Positions 9,664 through 19,097 of a stretch of 64,000 nt of DNA are shown here, piece after piece. A model generated the notes under the pieces. That model ran no database searches. It saw nothing but the letters and a program-made list of their open reading frames with translations, and was not told the origin of the DNA. The translations under genes were made by a program, and so were the position numbers. The number at the start of each line of letters is the position of its first letter. Position 1 is the first letter of the stretch. Source of the stretch: Candidatus Micrarchaeota archaeon (lineage in GTDB: Archaea; Micrarchaeota; Micrarchaeia; Micrarchaeales; CABMGC01); NCBI GenBank assembly GCA_021797995.1, contig JAJZYR010000001.1:6114-70113 (forward strand), given 5' to 3'.

Positions 9664-9855
9664 GTGGTTACGATGGTTAAGTGCTCTTACTGCATAAAGG
9701 AGATTGAGAGAGGCACGGGCCTCATCTATGTCAAGAAAAACGGGGCTATAAGGCACTACTGCTCCGACAGATGCTATAAGTTCAACGAACTTTACGGCAA
9801 GAAGGCGAGCAAGAAGGAGATTGCTGCAAATTCGCCGGCCGGGACACTTGCCTGA
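9664..9855 (+). CDS. rpl24e: 50S ribosomal protein L24e
   Basis: The zinc-ribbon pattern CSYCIKEIERGTGLIYVKKNGAIRHYCSDRCYKFN matches L24e. L7Ae-S28e-L24e is the conserved archaeal gene order. Confidence 0.85.
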   Translation: MVTMVKCSYCIKEIERGTGLIYVKKNGAIRHYCSDRCYKFNELYGKKASKKEIAANSPAGTLA

Positions 9856-9926
9856 GCACAATGCAGCCAAGCTTTGCCCGCGCTCCTGCTATGGTTTATA
9901 TTTGTTGGTGTTGATACTCTAGAATC

Positions 9927-11408
9927 ATGGCGCTTTCAGACAACAGGCCATTGCACAAGAGGCACCACAAGGCCAAGCACCCGCTGTGGAAGACGGAGAT
10001 GGAGATAAGCGTTGCCGCAGGGCTTGTGCTCCTTGCCGTGCTCATCGTGCTTCTCTTCAACCTGCTCCTCCCGCCGCCGGCGCTCTTTGTGCAGGCCGAC
10101 CCGTCTGGATATGGGCATAACGACACAGTAAGCGCAATAGCCGCCCAGGGCCACAATACCAGCCGCGTATATGTCCTAGTCACCACGGCATCGGGAAACA
10201 CCCTTGCAATGCCCTCGGTATTTAACACCAGGATGCTCGCGGCAGGCACATACAAGTTGGTTGCATACGATGCAAACGACGGAAGGTACTCGGGGTCCGA
10301 AACGCTTATAATTACAAGGGGCTTCCCAGAGCTTGGACTCAGCGGCCCCTCAAGCCATGACTTCAACGGGCAGCAGGAAAACGTCTCCTTTTCCATAAGC
10401 TCACAGTCAGACCAGGTTGACGGAACCCTTTATCTGAACGGGACCGGAGTCGCAAACACAGCCTCATCAGGGTCTTACAGCATGGCCCCTGATCCAGGCG
10501 TGTACAATATCACCATTGCCTCGCAGGCGACCAGGAACTACAGCGCGGCATCGAAAAGTATATACTTCAGCATATATCCAAGCATGATATTCAACACTTC
10601 CCAGAACCTCACAAGCAACGTAAACGTCAGGGGAAACGTGACCGTAACGCAGGGCACCGTACTTACCCTGAACGGGCATAGCATTGTTGCCGGAGGCGCC
10701 TTCATCAACTATGGCACGGTAAGCTCCGGTCTCTCCGATTCCGGAGGCAGGCCACAAAGGAGCGTCAATCCGTACATAAAGAGCACCATAGAGGCCAACG
10801 CTACCGGAGGGGCATCATTCCCGCTCTCCTATGGCGGGGGCGGAGGTGCCGGAAGCGGTTGCGCGTCGTACGGCGGGAATACGATTGCACGCGGAGGCAG
10901 TTACGTTGTCACAGGAATACAGTGTACCATGCTACCGGGACTTGTTCCCCCTGTTCCTGAGATAAACGCGGACGTTATAGCATCGTGGTATGCCAATGGC
11001 ATAGACAATTATACGGCTGGAGGAGGCGGGGGAGGCGGTGAGGGGAGCCATTATGCGAGCGGAGGTCCCGGAGGCAGGGGCGCATATGGCGTCTTCATAC
11101 AGGCAAACAGGCTGCTTCCAGGGCGCATAACCGCTGACGGACAGAATGGCAGCGACGGCATAACAGGGCTGGTAGGATCCGGAGGGGGAGGAGGCGGTGG
11201 CGGCGCGATGGTGCTGCTAGCCTACGGGCCAGGAGGATATACCAAAGGCAACTACTCGGTAAACGGAGGAATTGGAGGGACCGGCGGGATCAACAGCTTC
11301 TTCTACGGAGGCAATGGAATCGCAGGCCAGGTTCTCGTCTACAACTTTACGACCCCGCCGGTGGAGGTCTGCAGTGGAGTCTGCCTTGGCTCAGACACGT
11401 ATCCCTGA
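9927..11408 (+). CDS. Membrane-anchored glycine-rich surface protein of unknown function
   Basis: It has a basic N-terminus followed by a TM helix (ISVAAGLVLLAVLIVLLFNLLL) and many N-x-S/T sequons. The C-terminal half carries poly-Gly blocks (YGGGGGAGSG, AGGGGGGGEGS, GSGGGGGGGGAMV, NGGIGGTGG). Confidence 0.5.
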   Translation: MALSDNRPLHKRHHKAKHPLWKTEMEISVAAGLVLLAVLIVLLFNLLLPPPALFVQADPSGYGHNDTVSAIAAQGHNTSRVYVLVTTASGNTLAMPSVFNTRMLAAGTYKLVAYDANDGRYSGSETLIITRGFPELGLSGPSSHDFNGQQENVSFSISSQSDQVDGTLYLNGTGVANTASSGSYSMAPDPGVYNITIASQATRNYSAASKSIYFSIYPSMIFNTSQNLTSNVNVRGNVTVTQGTVLTLNGHSIVAGGAFINYGTVSSGLSDSGGRPQRSVNPYIKSTIEANATGGASFPLSYGGGGGAGSGCASYGGNTIARGGSYVVTGIQCTMLPGLVPPVPEINADVIASWYANGIDNYTAGGGGGGGEGSHYASGGPGGRGAYGVFIQANRLLPGRITADGQNGSDGITGLVGSGGGGGGGGAMVLLAYGPGGYTKGNYSVNGGIGGTGGINSFFYGGNGIAGQVLVYNFTTPPVEVCSGVCLGSDTYP

Positions 11409-11443
11409 CTTTGCCAATCTTCCGTCGTCTTCTGTCAGTTATG

Positions 11444-12739
11444 TCAGCCTGGAGGGTGCGGGGTTTCCCGCCCCCCTTGCTGGCTGTCAACTATGGTCGA
11501 TGCCTTCAGCGACCTTCTTGCAAGGCCTTGTATCCTTTCATCCTTTATCAGCCTTGCAATCGTGGCCACGTCGGTGCGGGTTGCGGGATTCCTTGCATTT
11601 ATCGAGCAGACGTCCCTGTACGGCTTTATTGATTCCTCGTACGTTCCGATTGCCATGGCCTTATTGATTATCTCCTGTTTGTCGAATCCGACCAGCGGGC
11701 GGAGGATCTGCATCTTGAGCCCGTACTGCTCCGCGAGCATGTTCGATGCGGTCTGCGACGCCACCTGGCCGAGGCTCTCCCCGGTAAAGATCGCCTCGGC
11801 ATCTTCACTCTTCGCAACGAGCTCTGCGACCCTGAGCATGAATGCCTTAAGGAGGATCAATTCGAACCTTCCGCTCTTCAGCGTGCCTGCCTGGAAGAGA
11901 TGCGATGGCACATAGTAAACCCTGCTTCCAGGGCTGTATGCCGAGAGAATGCTTACTATCCTCGGCACCTTTGAGGCAATCGCCTCACCGGCATTTGGGA
12001 ATCCGTGGAAGTGCACGTAAACGGGCTTAATGCCCCGTTTCATTGCATACCACGCAGCTACTGGCGAGTCTATGCCTCCGGAGAGTAGTACAACGCCCTT
12101 TCCGCTCGTGCCTACCGGCAGGCCTCCGAGGCCCTTGATCCTTTCCATTGACACATATGCAGAGTCCTTGGTCACGTTTATGAAGATCTCGCGTCCGTAA
12201 TCGCGTATCTGCGGATCTATTCCCATTGATTCGGCAATGCTAATGACTTCCCTTGTGATGTCCATTGAGTTGAAGCTTAGCCCTTTGTACGTCCTGTGTG
12301 CATTTATCCTGAGCTTCTCCCCTTCCCTGATTCCCGCCCCCAATAGCACTTCCCTTGCAAGCCTGCTTATCCTGGCCAGACTTGGCTCAGTGGCATATCC
12401 TATCTCGTAGCTGCTTATCCCGAACAGGTGTGAAAGGCCGCCCTTTATCGCTTCCAGGCCGGAATCAGAGCCAGGACGTATTATAAATCTGTCATAGCCA
12501 TACTCGAGAGCAAATCGTTCTCCGGCCATGAGCCTGATAAGGTTGCTTCTCAGCATGTTTATATATGCACCGCGGTTCTTGCCCCTCAGCCAGAGCTCGC
12601 CGAATCGCACCGTGATGACCTTGTTCTTTGCAGCAGGATATGCCTGACTCCTCTCGCCTTTTATCCGGCGCAGACCGGCTCCCCGGTTCCGGCCGCGGAC
12701 GTGCTGCTGTGTCTTCTGACTTTGCATGATATAGCGCAT
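11444..12739 (-). CDS. thiI: tRNA 4-thiouridine synthase ThiI (THUMP + PP-loop ATPase)
   Basis: The PP-loop LLSGGIDSPVAAW is present, preceded by a THUMP-like N-terminal half (VRFGELWLRGKNR). Both the N-terminal ~35 aa and the extreme C-terminus may be over-extended. Confidence 0.85.
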   Translation of the reverse strand: MRYIMQSQKTQQHVRGRNRGAGLRRIKGERSQAYPAAKNKVITVRFGELWLRGKNRGAYINMLRSNLIRLMAGERFALEYGYDRFIIRPGSDSGLEAIKGGLSHLFGISSYEIGYATEPSLARISRLAREVLLGAGIREGEKLRINAHRTYKGLSFNSMDITREVISIAESMGIDPQIRDYGREIFINVTKDSAYVSMERIKGLGGLPVGTSGKGVVLLSGGIDSPVAAWYAMKRGIKPVYVHFHGFPNAGEAIASKVPRIVSILSAYSPGSRVYYVPSHLFQAGTLKSGRFELILLKAFMLRVAELVAKSEDAEAIFTGESLGQVASQTASNMLAEQYGLKMQILRPLVGFDKQEIINKAMAIGTYEESIKPYRDVCSINARNPATRTDVATIARLIKDERIQGLARRSLKASTIVDSQQGGRETPHPPG

Positions 12740-12951
12740 ATATGCTCTCTACTTATTCTTATATCCCTTTGCGCGAGCTCAGGCCGCTTTTGATGCGTTG
12801 CGGAAAGAGGTCACTTCCACCGTGCCGGGCGGGTTTCCTGAACAAACCTTTAAAAGGTTATTTACACAAATAGTATTGAAGATTTGCGCACTGCTTCGCC
12901 TTTTGCTTTCCTAAAGTATAAAGATGGGAAGCGCAGGATAATGGTAATTAA

Positions 12952-13530
12952 ATGGGAGGATACAGGTACATGGAAAAGGCCTTTCAGGACGAGTATAGCG
13001 TGAGGAGCGAGCTCTTCAAGAAGAGAGTGGCGGTCTGGAGAGGGGAAGGCGCAGTGACCAGGATAGGCGGACCGACAAACATCGCAAGGGCCAGAAAGCT
13101 TGGCTACAAGGCAAAGGAAGGAGTGGTGGTCGCAAGGGTCAAGGTGGAGAGGGGTCTCAGAAAGAGGATAAAACCGAGGGGCGGAAGGAAACCCTCGAAG
13201 AGCGGGCGCTTCTTCGCGCTAAGGAAATCCGCACAGGCTATCGCCGAGGAGCGGGCAGGCAGAAGATTCTCAAACTGCGAGGTGCTTAATTCCTATTATG
13301 TTGGAGAGGACGGGGAATACAAATTCTTTGAGGTTATAATGGTGGACAGGTCGCATCCGGCAATTGTGGGCGATGCCAGCTATGCCGGCATAATAAACCA
13401 CAATGGCAGGGTTTACAGGGGGCTCACGAACGCAGGGATAAAGCACAGGGGGATGCGCGTCAAGGGCTTCGGAACGAACAGGAACAGGCCAAGCGTCAGG
13501 TCGAGCCACAGGCATATCCTCAGGGTGTAA
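12952..13530 (+). CDS. rpl15e: 50S ribosomal protein L15e
   Basis: MGGYRYMEKAFQDEY...RIGGPTNIARARKLGYKAKEGVVVARVKV is the L15e pattern. Confidence 0.9.
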   Translation: MGGYRYMEKAFQDEYSVRSELFKKRVAVWRGEGAVTRIGGPTNIARARKLGYKAKEGVVVARVKVERGLRKRIKPRGGRKPSKSGRFFALRKSAQAIAEERAGRRFSNCEVLNSYYVGEDGEYKFFEVIMVDRSHPAIVGDASYAGIINHNGRVYRGLTNAGIKHRGMRVKGFGTNRNRPSVRSSHRHILRV

Positions 13531-13537
13531 TCCGGCA

Positions 13538-13843
13538 ATGTTAAAGGCCACTTTGATGATCGACCTCGGAAAAAAGAGCCCTGACGAGTATATTGCTGCG
13601 ATAGGCAGGGATATCAGGCATGCAAGGAACGGGACATGCATAATTGGGCAGGGGAATACGATAGTTGTCCGCGTAGAGGCTGATGAAATAGGAGCCATGC
13701 TGGCGTCGCTGAATGGGGCGCTGAAGCGGCTGAGAGTCGTGGCTGGCGTTGAGGCAGGGCTGGCAGGCAGACGGGGTAGAAAAGCCAGGTTTATTGAAGG
13801 GCGGTTGCAGGGAAGGGCGCGTGCCCTGCCCCTTAATAGATAA
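13538..13843 (+). CDS. Possible KEOPS subunit Pcc1-like protein
   Basis: This small protein has a Pcc1-like pattern (ATLMIDLG...IVVRVEADEIGAMLASLNGALKRLRVV). The call rests on my recollection of the pattern only, and the C-terminal Arg-rich tail is doubtful. Confidence 0.35.
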   Translation: MLKATLMIDLGKKSPDEYIAAIGRDIRHARNGTCIIGQGNTIVVRVEADEIGAMLASLNGALKRLRVVAGVEAGLAGRRGRKARFIEGRLQGRARALPLNR

Positions 13844-13935
13844 GGTTATAAATATATCCTGAGAAAAGTGGTAATACCTACTCGTTATCTTCAGGTTTAA
13901 TACTAAGGTAACTATTCCGCCTACGGTAGATATGC

Positions 13936-14907
13936 ATGGTAATAATGAGAAAGGGGTCTCTAGAATACTGGCCCCATAGGAGAGCAAAAAGGCAGATGCC
14001 AAGGGTAAGGGCATGGCCCGCCATAGCAGAGCCTGTCTTCGAGGGGCTTGTCGCGTACAAGGCAGGCATGACACACGTGGCCATGACCGACGACTCTGAA
14101 GGTCCTGGAAAGGGCATGGAGGTTGTCAGAGCGGTGACGGTCATGGAGATACCTAAGATATATTTATACGGAATCAGGGCTTACAAGAAGAAATACTTAT
14201 ACACTGAACCTTTCGCAGAGGTCTATGATGCGGTCCTTGCAAAAAGGGTAGGAATAAAGGCGATAAAGTCGAACGACTTAAATGCGCTGAGGTCAGGAGC
14301 TGCGGAGTTTGAGAGGGTCACGGCCCTCTGCTTCCTTGATGCAGGCAGCATGGGCTTCGGCAACAAGAGGGTAATGAGGTTCGAGGTGCCTGTGGGGGGA
14401 AAAGACACCGCAGAGAAGTTCGCCTTTGTTGAAAAGTGGTTAGGCAAGGAGGTAAAGGTGAGCGATGTCCTTTCCGCAGGCGAGTACATCGACGTAACAG
14501 GCATATCCAAGGGGAAGGGCTGGGCAGGAGTCATCAAGAGATTCGGAGTCTCAAGGAACGTAAGAAAGGCTACCGGCAAGGTAAGGCATGTCGGAGTGCT
14601 CGGGGCATGGCACCCTGCAAAGGTCATGTTCACCGTACCACACGCAGGCCACATGGGCTACAACTACAGGACGGAGCTGAACAAGAGGGTGCTCAGGGTA
14701 GGCACTGCTGCAGACGCCTCGACTGTAAACGTAAAGGGAGGCTTTCCGAATTTCGGGAATGTCAAGAGCGACTTTATAATTGTAGACGGATCCGTTCCCG
14801 GCCCGGCAAAGAGGCTGCTGAGGATAAGGAAGGCGCTCAGATCGACTGAGAAGGCAAAGGTTCCGCAGATGGCTTATCTGTCGCAGGCCTCGAAGCAGGG
14901 TGCATAG
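13936..14907 (+). CDS. rpl3: 50S ribosomal protein L3 (uL3)
   Basis: RKGSLEYWPHRRAKRQMPRVRAWP...GYKAGMTHV...GKGWAGVIKRFG matches L3. Confidence 0.95.
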   Translation: MVIMRKGSLEYWPHRRAKRQMPRVRAWPAIAEPVFEGLVAYKAGMTHVAMTDDSEGPGKGMEVVRAVTVMEIPKIYLYGIRAYKKKYLYTEPFAEVYDAVLAKRVGIKAIKSNDLNALRSGAAEFERVTALCFLDAGSMGFGNKRVMRFEVPVGGKDTAEKFAFVEKWLGKEVKVSDVLSAGEYIDVTGISKGKGWAGVIKRFGVSRNVRKATGKVRHVGVLGAWHPAKVMFTVPHAGHMGYNYRTELNKRVLRVGTAADASTVNVKGGFPNFGNVKSDFIIVDGSVPGPAKRLLRIRKALRSTEKAKVPQMAYLSQASKQGA

Positions 14908-14910
14908 TGG

Positions 14911-15723
14911 ATGGATGTTACTTTATACAAGCTCGATGGCAAAGGCTCAGGGAGCGTGACCCTGCCGGCCGTCTTCTCCGGTGAGTACAGGAAGGACTTG
15001 CTAATGAGGGCGCTGCTCGCGGAGCAGAGCATGAACTACCAGCCACAGGCCCATTCGCTAATGGCAGGGCTTAACACGACAGCGGTATACGTAGGGAGGT
15101 ATGACGCAAGCTGGAGGCGGGGCAGGCACATGGGAGTGGCGATAAGGCCCAGACAGGCTCTTGGCGGAGGGGCACAGGGAGACGTGAGGAGGATCCCATC
15201 AGCAACAAAGGGAAGGAGGGCGCATCCGCACAAGCTTGAGAAAAGGATCGTTGAGAATATTAACAGGAAGGAGTATATACGCGCGCTTGAATCCGCGATT
15301 GCTGGATGCGCAATGGCAGACTTAGTGAAGTCAGGCCACCCCTTCGGAGGAAATGCCCTTCCGATAGTGGTTGATGACGGAATTGAGAAAGTGGCAAAGA
15401 CAAGGGAACTTCTCAAGGTGCTTAGGGCGCTAGGCCTGGAGCAGGAGATGGAGAGGTCAAGGAAGCCGTCTAGGAGAAAGGGTTTAAAAAGGTCCTCTGT
15501 GCAGAGAAGGTTCAGGAAGAACGTTCTGATAATAGCAGATTCGGCAGATAGGATAAGCAGAGCTTGCAGGAACATACCAGGGCTTGACTTTTCGGACCTG
15601 CCCTCGCTCACGATCGGAAAGCTGGCCCCAGGTGCCGCTCCGAGGATAACCATATGGAGCGAAAGCGCCGTCAGGAACGTGGAAAAAGCCATTGCAGGCG
15701 CAAGGATGGGAATTAAGGGTTGA
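14911..15723 (+). CDS. rpl4: 50S ribosomal protein L4 (uL4)
   Basis: The position after L3 fits, and the sequence is L4-like (RGRHMGVAIRPRQALGGG...RRAHPHK). Confidence 0.9.
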   Translation: MDVTLYKLDGKGSGSVTLPAVFSGEYRKDLLMRALLAEQSMNYQPQAHSLMAGLNTTAVYVGRYDASWRRGRHMGVAIRPRQALGGGAQGDVRRIPSATKGRRAHPHKLEKRIVENINRKEYIRALESAIAGCAMADLVKSGHPFGGNALPIVVDDGIEKVAKTRELLKVLRALGLEQEMERSRKPSRRKGLKRSSVQRRFRKNVLIIADSADRISRACRNIPGLDFSDLPSLTIGKLAPGAAPRITIWSESAVRNVEKAIAGARMGIKG

Positions 15724-15980
15724 TTTTGATGAATGCGCTTTTATATCCGATTGCGACCGAGAAGGCGCTTGGAAAGGTTGATAAGGAGAACACGATAATA
15801 TATGTCGTTGATATGAGATCGGATAAGACTGCGATACGGAAGGAGTTCGAGAAGACGTTCGGCGTCAAGGTCTCTAGTGTAAACACCGTAAGGACCATAC
15901 GGAACATTAAGAAGGCTTACATAAAGCTTGATAAGGGAGTTAAGGCCAGTGAGATTGCAAGGAAGATGAAGCTTGTATGA
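15720..15980 (+). CDS. rpl23: 50S ribosomal protein L23 (uL23)
   Basis: The sequence is L23-like (LYPIATEKAL...IIYVVDMRSDKTAIRKEFEKTFGVKVSSVNT), and the gene overlaps the L4 stop. Confidence 0.9.
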   Translation: MILMNALLYPIATEKALGKVDKENTIIYVVDMRSDKTAIRKEFEKTFGVKVSSVNTVRTIRNIKKAYIKLDKGVKASEIARKMKLV

Positions 15981-15995
15981 TAAATCGGTGAGGCA

Positions 15996-16715
15996 ATGGG
16001 AAAGAAGATACGAGTGCAGAGGCGCGGGAAGGGAGGCAGGGCCTTCAGGAGGCCGGAAAACACCTTCAAGGCCGATGTTAACTTCGCAAACCAGCCCGCG
16101 TCAGGCAGGATTACCGGCGAAGTGATAGAATTTATCGACGATCCCGGGCACTCGGCACCCCTCATGCGGATAAAATACGATGATTCGGCTGAGAACATAC
16201 TCATAGCCCCAGAGGGGATAAAGATAGGCGATAGGATACAGGAAGGCAGGAGCGCCGAGGTCTCCCTGGGAAGTGTGCTCCCACTTGGAAACATCCCGGA
16301 CGGTGTGCCTATATACAACATAGAGGTGACCCCCGGAGACGGAGGAAGGATGGCCAGGGCTGCAGGGAACTTTGCAACGGTCCTGTCGCATGCCGAGAAC
16401 AGGGTAAACGTGATGCTTCCATCAAAGAAGACGCTTTATATCGACGCAGAGTGTAGGGCCGAGATCGGAGCCGTGGCAGGAGGGGGAAAGGAGGCGCAGC
16501 CGATACTCAAGGCGGGCAAGCACCATTATATGATGCGTGCCATCAATGGATACTGGCCCGGGCACAGAGGGGTCAAGTCAAACCCAGTCGATCATCCGTT
16601 CGGAGGAAAGCAGCATCATAAGGGCTTCTCGAGCATGGTTTCGAGGAATGCCCCGCCTGGAGCCAAAGTCGGGCATATTGCGGCAAGGAGAGTTGGAAGG
16701 AAGAAGAGGGGTTGA
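15996..16715 (+). CDS. rpl2: 50S ribosomal protein L2 (uL2)
   Basis: GRMARAAGNFATV...GHRGVKSNPVDHPFGGKQHH is the L2 signature region. Confidence 0.95.
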   Translation: MGKKIRVQRRGKGGRAFRRPENTFKADVNFANQPASGRITGEVIEFIDDPGHSAPLMRIKYDDSAENILIAPEGIKIGDRIQEGRSAEVSLGSVLPLGNIPDGVPIYNIEVTPGDGGRMARAAGNFATVLSHAENRVNVMLPSKKTLYIDAECRAEIGAVAGGGKEAQPILKAGKHHYMMRAINGYWPGHRGVKSNPVDHPFGGKQHHKGFSSMVSRNAPPGAKVGHIAARRVGRKKRG

Positions 16716-16720
16716 ATTAG

Positions 16721-17113
16721 ATGGCCAGAATCTTTACGTTTAGGGGGAAGACAGAGGAGGAGTGGAAGGGCATGCCTGTGGACAAGTACCTTCCGTACCT
16801 CAGGTCTGCAGAGAGGCGGGCCGTGAGGAGGATGGGATACGAGTACAAGGCCCTCTGTGCAAAGGCTGACGAGGCGAGGAAGAGCGGCAGCACAAAGACG
16901 ATAAAGACGCATACGCGCGAGGCCGTCATACTGCCATCATGGCTCGGCCTGAAGTTCGGCGTTTACAACGGCAAGGAGTATAGGGAGTTCGAGATAAAGG
17001 CGGAGCATCTGGGCCACAGGCTCGGAGAGTTCTCGCATACGACCAAGCACGTGGTCCATTCCGCGCCTGGCATCAGGGCGACGCGCGGCAGCAAGTTCCT
17101 GGCGGTGAAGTGA
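16721..17113 (+). CDS. rps19: 30S ribosomal protein S19 (uS19)
   Basis: GVYNGKEYREFEIKAEHLGHRLGEFSHTTKHVVH is the S19 pattern. Confidence 0.9.
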   Translation: MARIFTFRGKTEEEWKGMPVDKYLPYLRSAERRAVRRMGYEYKALCAKADEARKSGSTKTIKTHTREAVILPSWLGLKFGVYNGKEYREFEIKAEHLGHRLGEFSHTTKHVVHSAPGIRATRGSKFLAVK

Positions 17114-17117
17114 CTCT

Positions 17118-17747
17118 ATGAAATATTCTTTCAATCTGGATAAGGAAGGGATTGTCTTCGCGCAGCGATACAATATCAATGCGAGCTACAAGGACCTTTG
17201 CGCTGCATGCGACGCGGTAAGGTACATGAAGGTCAGCAATGCGCTTGCGGCGCTTGACGGGATAATCACGATGCGCATGCCTATATTATACAGGAAGTTC
17301 TCACGGCATATGGGTGCAAGGCACGAGCTTGGAGGAAGGAAGGGCGCATATCCGGTAAAGGCGGCGCGGGAGGTAAGGCTTGCGCTGCTCAACGCGATGG
17401 GAAACGCGAAGAACAACGGACTTGACGGCGAGGGGATGATAATAATACACTCTTCGGCAAACAAGACCAGGATTGAAAGGAGATATCCGTCAAAGGGAAG
17501 TATAAGCTGGGGCAGGGGCATGTACGGCAGGGGGGCCACAAACCACAGCGACATCGAGTATGCAAAAGTGGAGATAGGGCTTGGCCAGGGAGACGAGAAG
17601 GCGATAACTGACAATATGAGATATTTTATCCGCCAGAAGTCGGGGCAGTGGGCCAAGGAAACAAATGCAGGATATGACGCTAAGAAGCCGGTGAAACAGA
17701 AGGCGCCGGCCAAGATGAGGGAGAAGAAGGCAAAGGAGCTGGCGTGA
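17118..17747 (+). CDS. rpl22: 50S ribosomal protein L22 (uL22) with a Lys-rich C-terminal tail
   Basis: The core is L22-like (ASYKDLCAACDAVRYMKVSNALAALDGII...) and sits between S19 and S3. The tail reads KKPVKQKAPAKMREKKAKELA. Confidence 0.9.
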   Translation: MKYSFNLDKEGIVFAQRYNINASYKDLCAACDAVRYMKVSNALAALDGIITMRMPILYRKFSRHMGARHELGGRKGAYPVKAAREVRLALLNAMGNAKNNGLDGEGMIIIHSSANKTRIERRYPSKGSISWGRGMYGRGATNHSDIEYAKVEIGLGQGDEKAITDNMRYFIRQKSGQWAKETNAGYDAKKPVKQKAPAKMREKKAKELA

Positions 17748-17751
17748 TCGT

Positions 17752-18381
17752 ATGGTAGTCGAGAGAAAGTTTATAGAGGATTTGATAGTGAAGCAGGGGA
17801 TCTCGAAGTACCTTGAGCGGGAGCTCATGAGGGCAGGATTCTCCAGGGTTGAGATACAGAAGACCCCGATCATCACAAGGATAACGACATATGTTACAAA
17901 CCCCGGGAGGGTGATAGGCAGGGGAGGCGAAACTATAGACGCGCTTACCGACAATATGAGGAAGAAGTTCAAGATAGAAAATCCGCAGATAAGCGTCGCG
18001 GAGGTAAAGAACCAGAGGCTAGAACCGAGGCTCGTTGCAAGATACATCGCAAACTCGCTTGAGCGCGGGATGAATGCAAGGAGGCTGCTTCACTCCATGA
18101 TAAAGGAGGTGATGAACAACGGCGCTCTCGGTGCGGAGATAGTGGCTACTGGAAAGCTCGCTGCAAAGGGGGCGCGGTCAAAGCAGATGAAGATAAGGCT
18201 TGGATACCTGCCGAAGGCCGGAAACGTCACGAAACTCGTCGACGAGGCGAAGGTTGCATCGTACCCCAAGTACGGCGCGATAGGGATAAAGGTAAGGATA
18301 GTGCAGCCCGGGACTGTCTTCCCGCACAGGAAGATAAAAAAGGTTGAGCTGCCGAAGAGCATCGCAGCTGCCGGACAGTAA
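17752..18381 (+). CDS. rps3: 30S ribosomal protein S3 (uS3)
   Basis: The KH-domain pattern is present (VEIQKTPIITRITTYVTNPGRVIGRGGETI), and the operon position fits. Confidence 0.9.
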   Translation: MVVERKFIEDLIVKQGISKYLERELMRAGFSRVEIQKTPIITRITTYVTNPGRVIGRGGETIDALTDNMRKKFKIENPQISVAEVKNQRLEPRLVARYIANSLERGMNARRLLHSMIKEVMNNGALGAEIVATGKLAAKGARSKQMKIRLGYLPKAGNVTKLVDEAKVASYPKYGAIGIKVRIVQPGTVFPHRKIKKVELPKSIAAAGQ

Positions 18382-18438
18382 GACGCAGGACGTGGAGCGG
18401 CAATAGGTTTATATTGGAAAGGAGGGCAATGTGGTATT

Positions 18439-18636
18439 ATGAAAATAAAGGATCTTAGGGGCCTGTCAAAGGAGGCGCTTGAGGCCAGGCTCGCGGAGCT
18501 GGACCTTGAGAGCAGCATAGAGAGAAGGAAGATAGCTTCTACAGGGGTGGCAAGCAAGAAGACCAAGATCAGGGAGATGAGGCGGACGAAAGCCCAGGTT
18601 CTCACGCTGCTTAACGAGAGAGGTGCCAAGTCCTAA
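18439..18636 (+). CDS. rpl29: 50S ribosomal protein L29 (uL29)
   Basis: The 65-aa sequence MKIKDLRGLSKEALEARLAELDLES... is the typical L29 pattern. Confidence 0.85.
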   Translation: MKIKDLRGLSKEALEARLAELDLESSIERRKIASTGVASKKTKIREMRRTKAQVLTLLNERGAKS

Positions 18637-18941
18637 TGCCTGAGATGTGCCCTAAGTGCGGACTGCCCAAGGAGATCTGTGTATGCGAGGTTCTTGACAG
18701 GGAGACCAACAGGCGGATAAAGATATACAAGGAGAAGAAGAAGTTCAGAAAGTACATGACCGTAGTCTCCGGGCTCTCTGGGGAGGAGATGGAGAAGACG
18801 GCGAAGGAACTGAAGCGCATGCTGGCATGCGGTGGTACCTACAAGAACGGGATGATAGAGCTTCAGGGCGACCACAAGGATGCTGCGAAGAAGGCGCTGC
18901 TCCAGCTCGGCTACCAGGAAGACACGATAGATATGGCCTGA
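18636..18941 (+). CDS. sui1: Translation initiation factor SUI1 (aSUI1/eIF1 homolog)
   Basis: An N-terminal zinc knuckle (CPKCGLPKEICVCE) is followed by the SUI1 core (LACGGTYKNGMIELQGDHKDAAKKALLQLGY). Confidence 0.85.
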   Translation: MPEMCPKCGLPKEICVCEVLDRETNRRIKIYKEKKKFRKYMTVVSGLSGEEMEKTAKELKRMLACGGTYKNGMIELQGDHKDAAKKALLQLGYQEDTIDMA

Positions 18942-19097
18942 CCTTGGGCAGCATGGCTGTGCCAGGCGCATGGGCATGCAGAACCGGTAGTGACCGGCTC
19001 CCACCCGAAACGGCGCGGGATTTCCCGCCCATGCTGTTAAGCCACATAGATAAATTGGCAGGTCTTATATTACACTTGATTCTCCAAGGCTGAGGGC

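Noticed and set aside
11458-11472. A recurrent GC palindrome gcggg-N3/4-cccgc (also near 19014, 55375 and 63451), considered as a REP-like dispersed repeat.
   Set aside because: The core is only ~8-14 nt, the flanks do not align, and some copies sit inside coding sequence. This is too weak to call a repeat family without a genome-wide count.
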